Origin: Asterias rubens
Lineage: Eukaryota
DNA length: 64,000 bases
Reading direction: 5' to 3'
NCBI RefSeq assembly: GCF_902459465.1
Contig: NC_047062.1
Coordinates: 11,656,001 to 11,720,000 of the forward strand
Of the stretch, positions 24,874 to 38,761 are shown piece after piece; position 1 is the first letter of the stretch; each line of letters begins with the position of its first letter. Made by a program: the position numbers and the translations under genes. The notes below the pieces were generated by a model, which saw only the letters and a program-made list of their open reading frames with translations, had not been told where the DNA came from and searched no databases.

Positions 24874-27800
24874 ATGCCTGCTTATAACTTTCTCGAATCT
24901 TAAAAAAAAAATATGTTGAAATGACCTAAACGTTCTGGTCAAATCTTCAAAATAATAGATCTTTGACTACTCTTGCCGTTTGACAGTTTATCCATTTGTG
25001 TATTTTTCCCCAAAAGGTGGGCCTATTAAAACGGTTCAGAAACATCGAGTCAAAAAACTACATCCAACTGCACACGGAAATAATCAACTGGTATAAAAGT
25101 TGTGTGTTTTACTAGGATTGTAAAAAAACACGGGCTATAAGAAGTAGGAAATCCTTTTTCCATCAACGTTTCAAATATTTTACTTGACGTAATGCTCCCC
25201 AAGTAGTAGAATGTACCATTGTTCACCCACTTGCCTTGTGCGTGGTTTTATGTTTGTTTATTTCCTATAACTAATTATTACAGTTTACTGTTTTATAATG
25301 TTTAATATTTGTACCCATCCTATTATTGGCGCTTGTGCTGTTTTGATGCTGAACAAAATAAAGCAAAATAATAAATAAATAATATTATTATACACGGCTC
25401 TGTTGGTACCTATAACGTATACCGAAAAATAATAATCACTTTTGAACGCGGTGGTTTCAAGCTTGACTTTACCACAAACGCCAGTCTCTCAATAAGTGGT
25501 TATGAATTCATAATTCATATCACTGATTCAGCAAAATGAAGCATATGTCTTAAAAATTGTTAATTGAATTTGGTGGTTTAAAAGATAAAACAACACTAAA
25601 GTCAACGACAGAGTGACTTATGAAGAAGAAAAAGTAAAGACTAAAAAAAAGGTACATGTTTTGTTTAGGTTGATTCAAGAGGTTGAAATGGAGCGTATAC
25701 CGTCACTCACTAAGCAGGGAAGCTTCCGGGAGAAGAAGCTCTAGTCAGTCGCGAGCAGATGGTATCTCCACTCCGCTGGGACGTATTGCCTTCTCGTTCA
25801 TGGTTTTCGGAGCACGTTACATTAGTGAACATGACAATAGAAACGAGGAGGGTGAACAAAAAAGCCACCCGTGACCTGTGGTGAAAGGATTCTACAGGAA
25901 TAATACATAGAGAAGAAAAACTGCCTACGGGTGCAGAACTCTTTTTTTTTTTAATATAATCATACATGTGTGTATCAATATATATGCATAATACTCATGA
26001 AACCAAATGCCTATATTACAGGGGACTGAATTCTGCTCTTGAAGCATTTTTAAAATTTAGTATTGTAATTTATATTTCCTTGATTCGCGTCACTGATGTA
26101 ATCGGGCTGGCAACACTGGGAACCAAATGATCGAGTATACTTGAGGTTCAAGTACAATGTCGGTTATAATACGAGGTAAAACATTTTACAAAACAACTTG
26201 TCTTTTATAGTCATTTTGTTGCTGTGTATTTCTTGTTACAACCGGACATTTTTTTTAATAGCATCATAGAAAGATGAAATATGCACAAACAAACACAAAA
26301 ATAGAAGGGCTTGTGATGTCAAGTTATGATAGTTAATGAAAACTTGGACTGGGATGTTCATTCACACGAGCTTGAACTGTATAGCTACAGGCATCATAGG
26401 GTACCAGACGACACTCACTCACTGTAAACCTCTCCCCTTAATGAGATTCGAATCCAATATTATTAGTCAGGCTCCATACGGCTTAATTTTGAATGAGAGA
26501 GACTAAAGAAAGGTTTCTCGGTGTATTTGTTGCTAAAGATCCAGTGTCCTCAAATCACCCCTGACGATCCTAGGCTCGAACATGCCCTAGGACGTTATTA
26601 TGCAGACCTATACACAGTACCCCCACCACACGTAGTCCCTTCTCTGTTTGATCTAAAGTAAGCTTAGGATTTAGGAAAATATAATGTCATTATAAGGGTG
26701 AGAAAAGTATCTGGATGTATTTACAGAGCGTTTCCGTGATAGGGGGCCCAATCTTGACCGGGTAACCAACAGATTTGTGGCTTTTTATACCAGCTAATCG
26801 CATGTAAGTCGTTCATGACATTGGAATGGAATCTTTTGTGGACACCGGGCGCTAATTTGGTTAGATTTACACGGTGCCTTGTGGAGAACCATAATCGCAT
26901 AATAGGACTTAGTGTAGAAATGTAAATCCATGTATTTTGTATATGCACTAATCGTATCAAGCGCTCCTCTTGGGGTGACAATATATAAAATGCCTGTGTA
27001 CATACAAAACGATCTAGCCATGCAACCGACCGGCGGAGAATCTAAGATTTGCATGTTTAGCCATGAGAAAGCCGCTTATACCCAAATGCTTCGCCGGTAA
27101 AGTTTTATTGCGATGCCGGCGCACGTTCCGAGGCCATGATTTATCTTAAGACTCGGTACAACCATTGGAAAAAATAGAAGCATGGTGTGAACATTATCAT
27201 TACTGGATTGCTGGATATAAGAATATTGACTCTCGGCATGTATGAGGCGGCTGCGAGTTCTGCTGACAAACTATCCAAAAAGGTATCTTGACTGCGGTGG
27301 TTCCAATTGACAATACGTATGGAGAACTGAACGAACACGGTGAACAGTTGTTGCTGTTTTTATGTTCATCACTCTTTCTAAATATTAACCAGAAAGGAAA
27401 AGAAAAGACACGACAGGTTGGGCGGTAATGGCTCCCCTGTGCTCAGATGCCATTCGAGCGGGACATCGCCACTGGATGCGACCCGGGGATACGGCGCGTC
27501 TTCCGGTACCGTACATGATCGTGTCGGTGTCGAGGATGTTGTAAAAAAAAACTCTCGCATCACCGAGTTGGACCTGTTCAGGAAACCATCTCCTTGGAAT
27601 CTGAGTGCTTCTACCGTCTTCTCCTGCCTCTTGCTGGCTCACCCATCTTCTTAATCAGTCAGTGGAGTGCAAGACACCGGGAGTTAAAGACGCGCAGTGA
27701 AGGTGTGAGTTAATGGCCCTTACTCTAGGCGCCCCTTGCCCGCTGGCCCGGCCAACCCATGACGTGTGAGTAGAGACCGTATATCACAGGAAATCAGATT

Positions 27801-29229
27801 CGCTGCACTCCCATTTTAAAGCATGGGGCTCAGAGCAGTGTGCATTCATGCCATTAGTAATGCACTTTTAAATAGGGCCTTGTGCTTGAGTTGTAAACAT
27901 TTCTATACACAAAAATAACTTAGATTGGAAATCGACTTTTGATTTTTTTTTAAATAACAAGGTCGATTCCAACAGGTAGCTTTTTTGATCACATTTAGAA
28001 ATGCATTTATTGTTTGTTTCTGTTTGTACAAAACGTTTGCATTGAAGTTAAAGCTTGGGTTGTTTTTAATTACTTGTTTGTAACCGGGGGGGGGGGGTGT
28101 AAATGGGAGGGGGGGTAAAGGGCCACATTTCATAGGGCTGCCTAAAGCAGACACCATTTCTAAATAAATGCTTGCTTAGCGGAAATGAGCAGGATACCAG
28201 ACACAATTGTACGTGAGACATGGTACTGTGTCTGGTAACCTTATTCATGAGCAAATGTTGTTACGCTTACCTTCTTTTTGTGTTTTAAGCTAAACAGCGC
28301 TATGCAATTGGGCCCAATAGTGTTGGAATTTTTCGCCAACTGCGATTGGATTGTGCGGGCTGGGCAATTGTCCAAGTTACGCAAAGTTACGCAATGGATG
28401 TTTAACCAAAAGTAAAAACATTTATTACATGATAGGCCTACCCTTTGATAGCATGAAGACATTTCCAGCAATATCATCCGAAAATAACCTGCTTGTTCTC
28501 GAGGTAGAAAATCTTTGATAAACCACGAACCCTTTCAGGAAAATGCAAAACTTTACTTCGTTTTGTAACATCCGCAAATCTATGTGTCTCTCACAACTAA
28601 AATCAATATTCAAAAAAACAAAAACAATGTCCATTTTACATTAAAACTCCCATGTGTGTTTTTTGAAATGCCTTTTCCCATTCATTGCGAGTTCTTCCAC
28701 GAGTCTCGGAGAAAAAAAATAAAAGAATTGTCGCCCGTTGTCAGCGCGGCGGGTCTCTGCGGCTAGTAGTTCGTCTTTGCTGCCGCTCGGTTGGCATTCA
28801 TACTCCGTGTGTTATACAAATACCATTTCTTCCATGGGAAACGTCGTCTGGGGATACAGCGCTGGAAAGCTTTCTGTGAATTCCTTCAAAATATAAAAAT
28901 AATGACAACAGAAATTGATAAAAGACACGGCCCGTTGGGTAGAGGTATGCTTCTGTACATCAACAAACGTCTTGCAAGGGATAGTTCTCTTAATAGCGTC
29001 GGCCTCTGATGCATTTTTGTGTTATGCAGTTGTGTGTAATATTATATGCTACCTTTGGATGTGGTTGGACATCAACGTATGCTTTTATAAATAAGGCATA
29101 TTTTGAGCTTATATTTAAGTACTAGTCTACGGTATTACCAAGTTTGCTCCACATTACATTTGTCAAAAGCATGGACGGAGTCAACGAAGGCAATTGTCTC
29201 CATGCTTGTCTCATTGTCGGCATTGTCTC

Positions 29230-29697
29230 ATTGCATTGGTGCCCTTCAAATGCTCCAGCAGTAGAACATTTCAATTTCCTCACAGGGTGCCCTTTTCAAG
29301 AACAAAATACCATGGTGCACTTGCTCTTTCAAAAAGGTGCATACGGACCTGTCAAAGGTATGCCCCATGCTAGAACTTTTCGAAAATATTGCATCCCCAG
29401 TAAAACAGAGAAACCTTGAACATCTGACCTTGACCTAAGCTTTTCTTATGTTTTAGGAGACTACGTCTTGGAGACTACAGAGGAAGTCGTACACGTACAT
29501 ACCAATGTCTGTGCAATATGCATACCTAGATGCTTCGTTTTTTGAAAGGGCAAGGGCACCAAGGCATTCTCCCCTATTGAAATGGCACCCTATGAGGAAT
29601 TTTAAAATTTCTACAGTAGCATTTCAAGGACACCAAGGCAAAGACTAGGGGGCATGGAGGCAATCGCCTCCACTTCTTCTTCGAAGTATACGGCCTG
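29230..29697. mobile_element. inverted-repeat element (gggcacc/ggtgccc-rich, ends ...ggcctg); related copy at 31290-31454
   Basis: Approximately 29232-29290 is the reverse complement of approximately 29583-29637. agggcaccaaggcattct...aaggacaccaa...gcatcgaggcgatcgcc is shared with 31290-31454. Confidence 0.6.
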
Positions 29698-30323
29698 AGT
29701 ATGTAACTTTGTTTGGAGTGGAAATCGGCACTGTCAGTTGACGGTACCTATAAAAAAGGAGCCATTCGAGTTTGTACCCTCGTCTTGTTTTCTTAGTTTT
29801 CTTCGCAAGTTTAAAAACCGCACACTGTTTATGGGTGTATAGGTTCGCTCCCGTAGGGCATGCCAGTGTCAACTCCACACAGACGTTCATCGGTGCACGG
29901 TCTCTGCACTTTCCGTTGAAACGTTGTATTCGTACACCGCCTGTCGCGGTCGGTATCTTTTGCCTTGGTCACCTTTGCCTAAAAAAACCGAAGGCCCCTC
30001 TCTCTCTCTCTATTCAAAAGCAACGGGTACAAAAGAGAGGTCGGTCGGTGAGTGTTTACTTCATCTACGGTGGGGTACACACGTGTGTAGCCTGGGGCAA
30101 TTGCTGGCTGCTCGTACTACTAGTTTACCCTCTTGGGTTTATTCATTCCCATTTTTCTCAATGTATAGTGTCGGTGAGCCTTGAACCCCTTACTCTTTGG
30201 GACCGACACTTTCAATAGAAACCCCCAATGAAATAATACAATCTGAGGGGGAAAAAAGTTGTTGTTCTTTGATTACAGCCGCGGAAATGTTTTATACAAT
30301 AGCGGTTTTTTCTTCTTCTGTAG

Positions 30324-30383
30324 GGTGTAACAGTTGAGGTGGACTGGTCCTGGTGCGCAAATACAGGTGTTGTTTTTGAGGAG
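30324..30383 (+). other. candidate non-coding 60-nt exon (possible Otx-beta 5' leader or lncRNA)
   Basis: Acceptor ttttttcttcttctgtag and consensus donor GAG|gtaagt. An upstream donor TCG|gtgagt lies at 30048. Confidence 0.4.
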
Positions 30384-31289
30384 GTAAGTTTAGATACCAT
30401 AGCTCAAAGACCGCCCCATACAAGGTTCAGCTTTCAGCACGGTCGTGTCGCGATTCCATCAGACATAGTATGCATCACAAGTGACAATGTGTGTCGTTGC
30501 AACATAGAACAGCACCGACAATGAGAATGGTGTTTTATAATAAGAATGGTAAAATTGTTTTTTGTGAGTGATTCTTGTGGGTCAATTATAAAGAGAGGTA
30601 GTTCACCTCTGTTTTCGGTTTGGTACCCACTCCTCCCCTTTGCCCAGGCTCAGCATCCTCTCTCGACCCACGAAGATGCGTCCAACCATTGCTCTCTATG
30701 TCCAATATTGTAAACAAGATTTACCCCCGTCAATAACACATCGTCTCTAACCCAAATGTGACCGGTCATAATGAAAAGGTGTTTCAGACATGTTACAAGT
30801 ACTTATCCTAGCTTTCTCTGACGTTTGATTGATTCGCTTATTCTGCAATCAGCTCAAGCCCCAAATTAAGGGACGGATCTGCGGCCAGTTGTTGTTGTTG
30901 TTTGTTGGCGAACTCGATTCAGCATTAATAAGATCATCATTTATCCCCATTAACGCCAGACAATGGACTGTTTGTTATTTTCGTGTTGGACACACAATCG
31001 GAGCCAAATGGCGTGAGATTGTTGAATGCGTATCCATCTGAGTGTTTGAAGGACATGCGGATACTTATTCGCAGCGAATGAGGCAGCGAGTCTTTTTAGG
31101 CACACCGTCGGAGAGAGGCAAGTGGAGTCCAAAATAGATTACATTCCGTAGCCCTATCTTGTGGATTTAATGATTGTTTTTTTATTTGTCTTCACATTAT
31201 TTTATCAACCATGGATAATAAGGCAGAGGTCATTGCGATTTGGGCCACAGCTATACGAGTTTATCGAAAAGCTTTTCTTGCATGCATGA

Positions 31290-31454
31290 ATGCTTCACTT
31301 TTCAAAAGACGAGGGCACCAAGGCATTCTTTCCTTGGTTAAGGAAAGGGCACCCTTATATGGGGAATTTCTACTGGAGCAATTCAAGGACACCAATGCAA
31401 TGACTGAGGGGGCATCGAGGCGATCGCCTTCGCCTTCGTAAAGAATCAGGCCTG
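31290..31454. mobile_element. fragment of the same element as 29540-29697
   Basis: Shared gggcaccaaggcattct...ggggcatcgaggcgatcgcc...caggcctg. Confidence 0.6.
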
Positions 31455-34231
31455 CTCTTATTTTTATGCTCTATAGTACTCGTATATGCTGTAGGGTTAA
31501 TTGTTGTAATCATTGTGTTCCAATAATGTCTTCCTCTGAAAGATGTATTGAACCATCTTACGTTGTTTTACGTTTTGAATGACATAATAACACTGTTCCA
31601 CGTTTGACGTCATGATCAAAGTCTCAGCTTTTAATGTTTCATGTCTTCAATTGTGATTTATATACTGCATAATGGTTGCATGGGATCAATAATGTGTATG
31701 AAAAGTTTCGCACCAAATGCCACATTGTTCTCTGGTAATACATCTTGTTTGAAAATTCCAACTCGACCGATCCAAGGCAACGTGTTCCTATTACTGATAG
31801 GAACGATCCTTGATATATGGGCCTAATATATAGATCTCACATTCCGCATAAGGTACAAAGGAACCGTTGTGAACATGAGAAAGAGGAGCAAGTGTGTCTT
31901 TGAAATAAACTTAATCATTTATTACATTTCAACAAGTTATTATCAATCAACCAATATCTCCATTTGGTTGTTCAAGACAATCCATAACCTGTTTATTTGG
32001 TCACACCAATTGGGTTTCAAGTGGCGGGTGGTGTAATGGGGTTATTTATACAGTTCTCCGCTGGTAATGGTATACGCTCTTGTCCATGTATTGTTGTCTC
32101 CTATACAGTTATAATTGCCTGTAATAAAACTGTCAGTTTCTTATGACTGATTGCTATCGCTGCCTTGAAGCATAATGAAACGGCACGGCCAGAAAGGCTA
32201 CAGGAAGCTTGTGGGCGTCAGCTGCCGTGTTTCTTGCGGGAGTAAACGCTCATTTTTGCGGTGCTTTGACCGCAGCGATTCGCTGGCGGTAATCGTACAC
32301 CGGACCTCCCACGATTGCAATAATTATTATTAAAAGTCGACCTCGGTTAAAATGTGTGTAAATACTTTTTGAGGGTTTGCAAATATGCTTTTTGTGACTT
32401 TTGAAGAGATCACCATGAGTTGTGTACTAAAATTGACCATGGAGATGTATTAAGCTTACAAAACTGGGCATGTTTCTGCTGTAGGCTTCACCGATATTGA
32501 TAAAAAAAATCTTATGAAAAATGTACATCAATCCCAAAGCAATATGTCCCTTCAAATCGTGTGCAAAAGAAGCTTTACTATGACCGTGAACTGCTTTAAT
32601 CCAGATGGCTGGTTCCCGACTGAGAACCCTGGTCCCGTTTCTTCATCCTCCATTTGGGGCTATGCATGTTGGAATTCGCTTAAGTTATGTCGAGTGGTCG
32701 TTTACTCAATAGTCATCATCACCAATGTGAAAAGTGACTTCCTTGTGAGACAGTCATTTAAAAATAACTTTAACAATTATCGCAAAGGATTTAACAAATA
32801 CTTCGAAGATAATTGTTTATGGCAGTGACTTTATTGTTTTTATCGACGTGTCTATTGTACGTAGACATTTTAATGGGGGGGGGGGGGGGCTAGAAATTGT
32901 GTTAATGTCTATCTCGCGTATCTAATGTATTTATGCAATTAATTTGGAGTAGGTGTGTATGTAATATAAGAGGAAATACACTTGTAAACAGTCAAGATTT
33001 TGGCATATGCCGACACAACATAATTTATTTAATCGTGGTTGCATAGCGTGCTTAGTAACAACTATATGGATGATGTGAATCTTCCTAAAATGCCACTGTG
33101 TCATATTCACACAAAATAACTTAGAAACAAGAAAAATCACTTGTTTAGCGCAACAGTTGACATAGCACGTCCTGTGATTTGACAGATTTTGTGTAAAGTA
33201 AAAAAACACCTAAACAGAAACGTTTCTCGCAGTGAACTACAGAAGTCACAAAGCCTAGAGGTCGTCATATGAATATTCATTATTGATCATCTGAGTGTCA
33301 TGACGTCACTATCGATTGCACCTCCATTTTGTTTTAAAAGAGGTGTAAACAAAATGAAGGTTCTTGGGCCCAGCACGTGACATTAGTCTTTTGTAAACGA
33401 AGCGGAACGTATAGAAACAAAAAATACAATACGTTAATAATAATAAAAAAGGTACATATTAATAATGTCTGGCAACATTTCGAAAATCAATTTGAGCAAA
33501 AACAAAGAGAGTAAGGGGCTGTTTAATAATATAAAAAAATAACTGGTCAAGGCGCGTTTTTTATTAGTTGCACGCGCCGCCAGATATCTTGTAAAAGGCG
33601 TGTTTAATTGGATTGCCAACTCACTCATAGTTGCCTAATAACCTCAATGCTTCACCTATTGATATTTTGATAATCATTTCAGTAACATATAATAAACTTC
33701 ATTGTGTGTATTAATCTTGTCTCGCTACTCTTAACAATGGCCATGCCTTGTCCAGAGATTACTAGAAACACTGGCATTTCGATTTTTTTTCTACACATCA
33801 AAGGCAAGCGTAGATTTTCTTCCCTGTGTCTCTTCCATTTTGTTTTGTCTTGTGTATTTTTTAACGAGAAATTCTAAGGACTCGAGTTCGATTTGAAGAT
33901 CCGTTTTCACGCACTAGTGATCAGTCATGTATTTGAGTTTTATTACAAATACAAACCCTTATGCCACTCTTGCAACGGACCTCTATTAAACGACAAATAA
34001 GACCGGAAAAGTTCTATTTTGTTTCTATGCAGAGAAAATTAATAAATAGTGTGTGGCATTGGCAGATTCAAGGTTTTTTTGAGAGTGTGGGTAGATTTAG
34101 ATCCTTTTTGATTGGAAACAATGTGTTTCCTTTTCATTATTGATATTTTCCACACTCTTCAGTGTTTTAGAACAACGAAATTAAATCACTAGTCCTTGAC
34201 CTACACTTGAAAGAAATACAGCCCCCACAGC

Positions 34232-34585
34232 AAGCACTGGACACTGAACACTATTGGTATTTATCAAAGACCAATCTTCTCACTTGGTGTATCTCAACAC
34301 ATGCATACAATAACAAACCTGTGAAATTTTGAAATCAATCGGTCGTCGAAGTTGCGAGATAATAATGAAAGAATCCACACCCTTGTCACACGAAATTGTG
34401 TGCTTTCAGATGCTTGATTCAGAGACCTCAAATTCTAAAACTGAGGTCTCGAAATCAAATTCGTGGAAAATTACTTCTTCTTCAAAAACTATGTTACTTC
34501 AGAGGGAGCCGTTTCTCACAATGTTTTATATTATCAACAGCTCTCCATTCCTCGTTACCAAGTAAGGTTTTATGCTAATAATTTT
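34232..34585 (+). mobile_element. MITE family A copy
   Basis: Close match to the copies at 16956 and 23941. Confidence 0.9.
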
Positions 34586-34864
34586 GGGATACATAACCAT
34601 CAAAATAGTTCCGATGCCACATATATTATATAAATATATATATATTTGTTACAATGCTACCAAATTGTCCACCTATTATAGTTCTCTTTGTACCATTGCC
34701 ACAAGAATTTAAAAAATAAAAATAAAGGTACAGTGCCTATAAACACTCCGGGGAACGTTTATACATCTGTAAGTCGAAACAGCTTGTAGACAATTGTCTA
34801 TATATACACTGACTAACATGACTGTCTGGTTGGAGTTTTCATTAAAGGTAGCTATGATGAAAAC

Positions 34865-35200
34865 TACATTGGTAATTAATTTTAAAAATTACATAAAAAA
34901 ACTTACTTGGTAACGAACAATGGAGAGCTGTCGATAGTATAAACATTGTGAAAGTAACGTAGTTTTTGAAAAAGAGGTAATTTTGACTCAAATAATTAAA
35001 TACTTCAGGCCTGAAGTCTTGTATTATGTATTCTGAAAGCACACACATTTGTGCACAGGGTTGCTTTTCATTATTCTCTTGCAACTTCGATGACCAATTG
35101 AGCCAAACTTTTCAATTGTTTGTTATTTTATGCATATGTTGGGATACACAAAATGAGAATACTATTCGTTGACAATTACCCAACATGTCTAGTGCCTTTT
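34865..35200 (-). mobile_element. MITE family A copy, inverted relative to 34232-34585
   Basis: Ends ...gttgacaattacccaacatgtctagtgcctttta. Confidence 0.85.
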
Positions 35201-36616
35201 ATGGGCCTAATTAGGACTGATTGCACGCCACCCCCAGACCTTTCAGATTTTCACCTGGCGTTGGAATTGTTAGTGAACCATTCACCATTGGAATCAAACC
35301 GCACAATGCTTCAAATTCTCTCTTTGACAATCTCATTGAATTGATCTTCATAATGTTGGGCGTTGGGCGTGGATAAGGCGTGTTACGGTAGAGGGGAAAA
35401 CACACTAACGAACGTCCCTAATAAGTTGATCAACTTGATTTCTGAACGCCCAACACGTGTCCCTAATGATGGTTCTGCTCATTGATGGGAGATTTGACAC
35501 AACATGTTGAACACAGTCTGCAGTTGGTTAGTAGACTAGGGTGAACAAAAAACAATGGTTGATTTTTTTTTTCAGAGCAATGTTTTCCTTCCCCCAAAAA
35601 ACTTTTAGTTTGGTCTGCGTGAGGTAGTAATAAAACTTTCTAACTGCAGATTGCATGTTGACTAAATTTCCCATCAGTGACATTGTTCTTTACATGCAGA
35701 AGAATGAAGTCTCGTGGGCTGCCGAAGTGTTCATTTAGTTTTGAATACAGTGCAGCTGGCTTAGTGATTGGAAGAATGACGGAGTTTTGAACTTTCTAAA
35801 AAGAGGTAGATGTCTGAAATGACAGTCGCACAAAGCTTGTCAATCTTCTTTGAGTAATTGGACCTACACACAGTCATCTCGATTGATTAAATACTCTGTC
35901 ACAAAGAGTGGTAATAAGCTTATATAAGGGAACAACCTACATGATTACATGTTTTGTTTCATTTCATTTGTTCAACGTCAATGCTGTTATAAAGTATAAG
36001 ATTTGGAGAACTGTGCATGGTGGAGATACACTATTAAAGTAAGTTATGCTGTATACACAATACACGCTCTCTCTAAAGGGTTAATGTCAGTCATTGTAAG
36101 GACATTTAAACTACATGAAACCCATCCAGGCAATCTGCGATTAGAAAATTCATTCACAGTTTTATCGTCCTTTTCTTTGGGACAAAAATTTACAGCCAGA
36201 AGCAAATTCCTTGTGCTGTCGAAGTGTTCCTTTTACATGCTCAGTGCAGCTGCATGGCTCAAAAGTGCCTGAAAATGCTTTCTGTGTGTCATGGCCGTAC
36301 TGAAAAAAACATGTGTGATGAAACAACTTGACGTTTCAATCAATATGCTCTGATTGTCTTCTCGAGAAATGTTGTTGTCATTAAGAGTGCATATCAAACT
36401 CATACATTATTTCCCAGAGTTTTATTCTGGATTCAATGTGAAATTTCAATTACATATTTAACATATGATCCTTGTTTGTGGGGATTGTTGATTTAACGGA
36501 GTTGGATATTAAGACAATTAAGTAAAAACCATGAGTTAGTAGAACATTTAGTATTTCATTTTATAGTACTTTCCAAAAAAGAGTATGGAATAAACGTCAC
36601 ATTGAATTAACTTAAT

Positions 36617-36977
36617 TTAAAGATGCTATGTCGGATTTTTTGCCCCAAACATTAAAAAATATATTTTTTTAGTGAATGGTATTTCAAAGAGTATCACCCG
36701 CTCTAACGAAAAAAAGTTTTTCTTTTAATGGTCAGGAACCATGAAAATTTTTTAAAACGTTTCTTATAAAACACATAAGAATTGGTCACGTGATATATTT
36801 TCGGGATCCCGACTGATTTTGAGCACTATTTCACTGCTACTAATAATTGGCGGACTTTTTCTAGCAATGGCTCAAATGAAAGCTTGTAACTTTCTCGACC
36901 CCCATCAAAATACCTATTGAATTTTAAATCAAAATGTTTGGGTCAAATTGGCCAAAAATCTGACATAGCATCTTTAA
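36617..36977. mobile_element. MITE family C (TTAA|AGATGCTATGTC...GACATAGCATCT|TTAA), Kolobok-like
   Basis: ~20-bp TIR AGATGCTATGTC(G/A)GATTTTT with TTAA at 36617-36620 and 36974-36977. Confidence 0.85.
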
Positions 36978-37929
36978 GTAGTCCTTTATACACACCATGA
37001 AGACAACTTCAGGCCTGACGTTTTACGGAGACAATGAAGGCGATTGCCTCTATGTCCCCTGATCATTGTCTTAGTGCCCTTGAAAAATTCCAGTATATAA
37101 ATTTACAATTTCCATTTAACAAGGGGGGGGGAATACCGCCCTTGCCCTTTCAAAAACAAAGCATCAAGCATGCAAGTATAGCAGGGAGTCAACAAATCAT
37201 GTGCGACAGGAGTGGCATACTTGTCAATTGTAGAGTGTTTCTATTGTAATACAGTGTGGGTCCTAGCTCTTTGGGTGGATTGACCACTAGAACCTTTGAC
37301 CCATGTGAACCTATTGATAGCAATTGGACCAGTAATTAAACGTGTACAGTGGCCAGCCCCCCCCCCCCCGAAAAAAATGACCAGCGTACAATCGGCCCAT
37401 TGCACGCCACAAGGCCACCGCCCGTGCACCCCTCCCATCAACATGGAACAAATTTATAGAAGTCATTCGTCCACACCACTGAGCAATTACCTTTTCAAAA
37501 TATCATCAACGAAATAAGTCAACCAATAAGAAACAATGGGGAGTGGGTCCACGTTTAGCACAGTCAGTTTTAATTGGGGTTGCGTTTTCCACGTTGCGGT
37601 TCGAATAGAAGTACATTTTCTGAGCTTGGCTTGGAGGTTGCGCTGCTGCCAATTAAAACAAAATGCGGAGACATCGTAAAATGTTGTTCAAGAAAAACCA
37701 CAGTGGCTTAAAGCTAACTTTCAACCCATACTAAACAATTTTAAAACTTTGTTTTATAAAGTAAGCTGTGGTTAAAGGGAAAGTATACGGTTTTTTATCA
37801 CTCCTTACAAATCAATCGCAATATATTGCTTGTCTAGAACAAGCCCACGGCAGCTTTTGATAGTATAAAGCATTTTTAAAGGTTTCAGTTGTTATGCCCA
37901 TAAATTGAATCTAGGAAGCGTTACTGTCA

Positions 37930-38301
37930 TTAAAGCCATTAGTACACTTTCGGAACAGAAACAAAAAAGTTCACAGATTTACAAATAACGTACAGGGTTT
38001 ACAGAAGGTTATGGTGAAAGACTTCTCTGGAAATATTATTCCATGAAATGCTTTACTTTTGAGAAAACATTAAAACAATTATCAATTCTCGATATCGAGA
38101 ATTACGGATTTATCTCAAACACATGTCATGACACGGCGAAACATGCGGAAACAAGGGTGGGTTTACCCATTATTTTCTCCCGACTCCGATGACCAATTGA
38201 GCCTAAATTTTCACAGGTTTGTTATTTTACATATAAGTTGTGATACACGAAGTGTGGCCCTTTGGACAATACTGTTTACCGAAAGTGTCCAATGGCTTTA
38301 A
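37930..38301. mobile_element. MITE family D (TTAA|AGCCATT...AATGGCT|TTAA), related to family A
   Basis: TIR agccattagtacactttcgg / ccgaaagtgtccaatggct. The internal gatgaccaattgagcctaaattttcacaggtttgttattt is shared with family A. Confidence 0.85.
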
Positions 38302-38761
38302 CGCCTAAGATACACAATCAAAGTAAACTGTGAACATTTTCTGTAAAAAATGTATTTGAAAGGGTGGAGGCGTTTTTGAGATATCGCTAAAAACACAGGA
38401 GGAACAATCCGTAACTAATAGAAATACATAATCCGAGAAATGTTTCTCAGAGTGGAATGTTTTTGGATCCCTTTCTCTAAAACCACATTCATTTGAAGGG
38501 AATTGTTTCTCAAAATGTCATATAACATTATCAATAGCTGAAGTGTTTTATAAACAGGTAGGCCCTACGTTTTTATTATCGTTAATTTTGTTAGTACGTT
38601 CCAACTCGCCCCGTTAAGCCGAGTAGAGCAGTTAATTAATTTAATATACACGGCTTCATTTAAAACTTTGTATAATATTTTAATACGCAAAAAAAAACAA
38701 TTCACATGTGAACTGAAGTGCTTGAACCCCTTTTTGACAGAATATAGACCTTACCAAAGCT

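Noticed and set aside
29772-30218. Longest ORF in the track (148 aa)
   Set aside because: It starts at TTG, has no in-frame ATG and no recognisable domain, and it runs through a strong splice donor.
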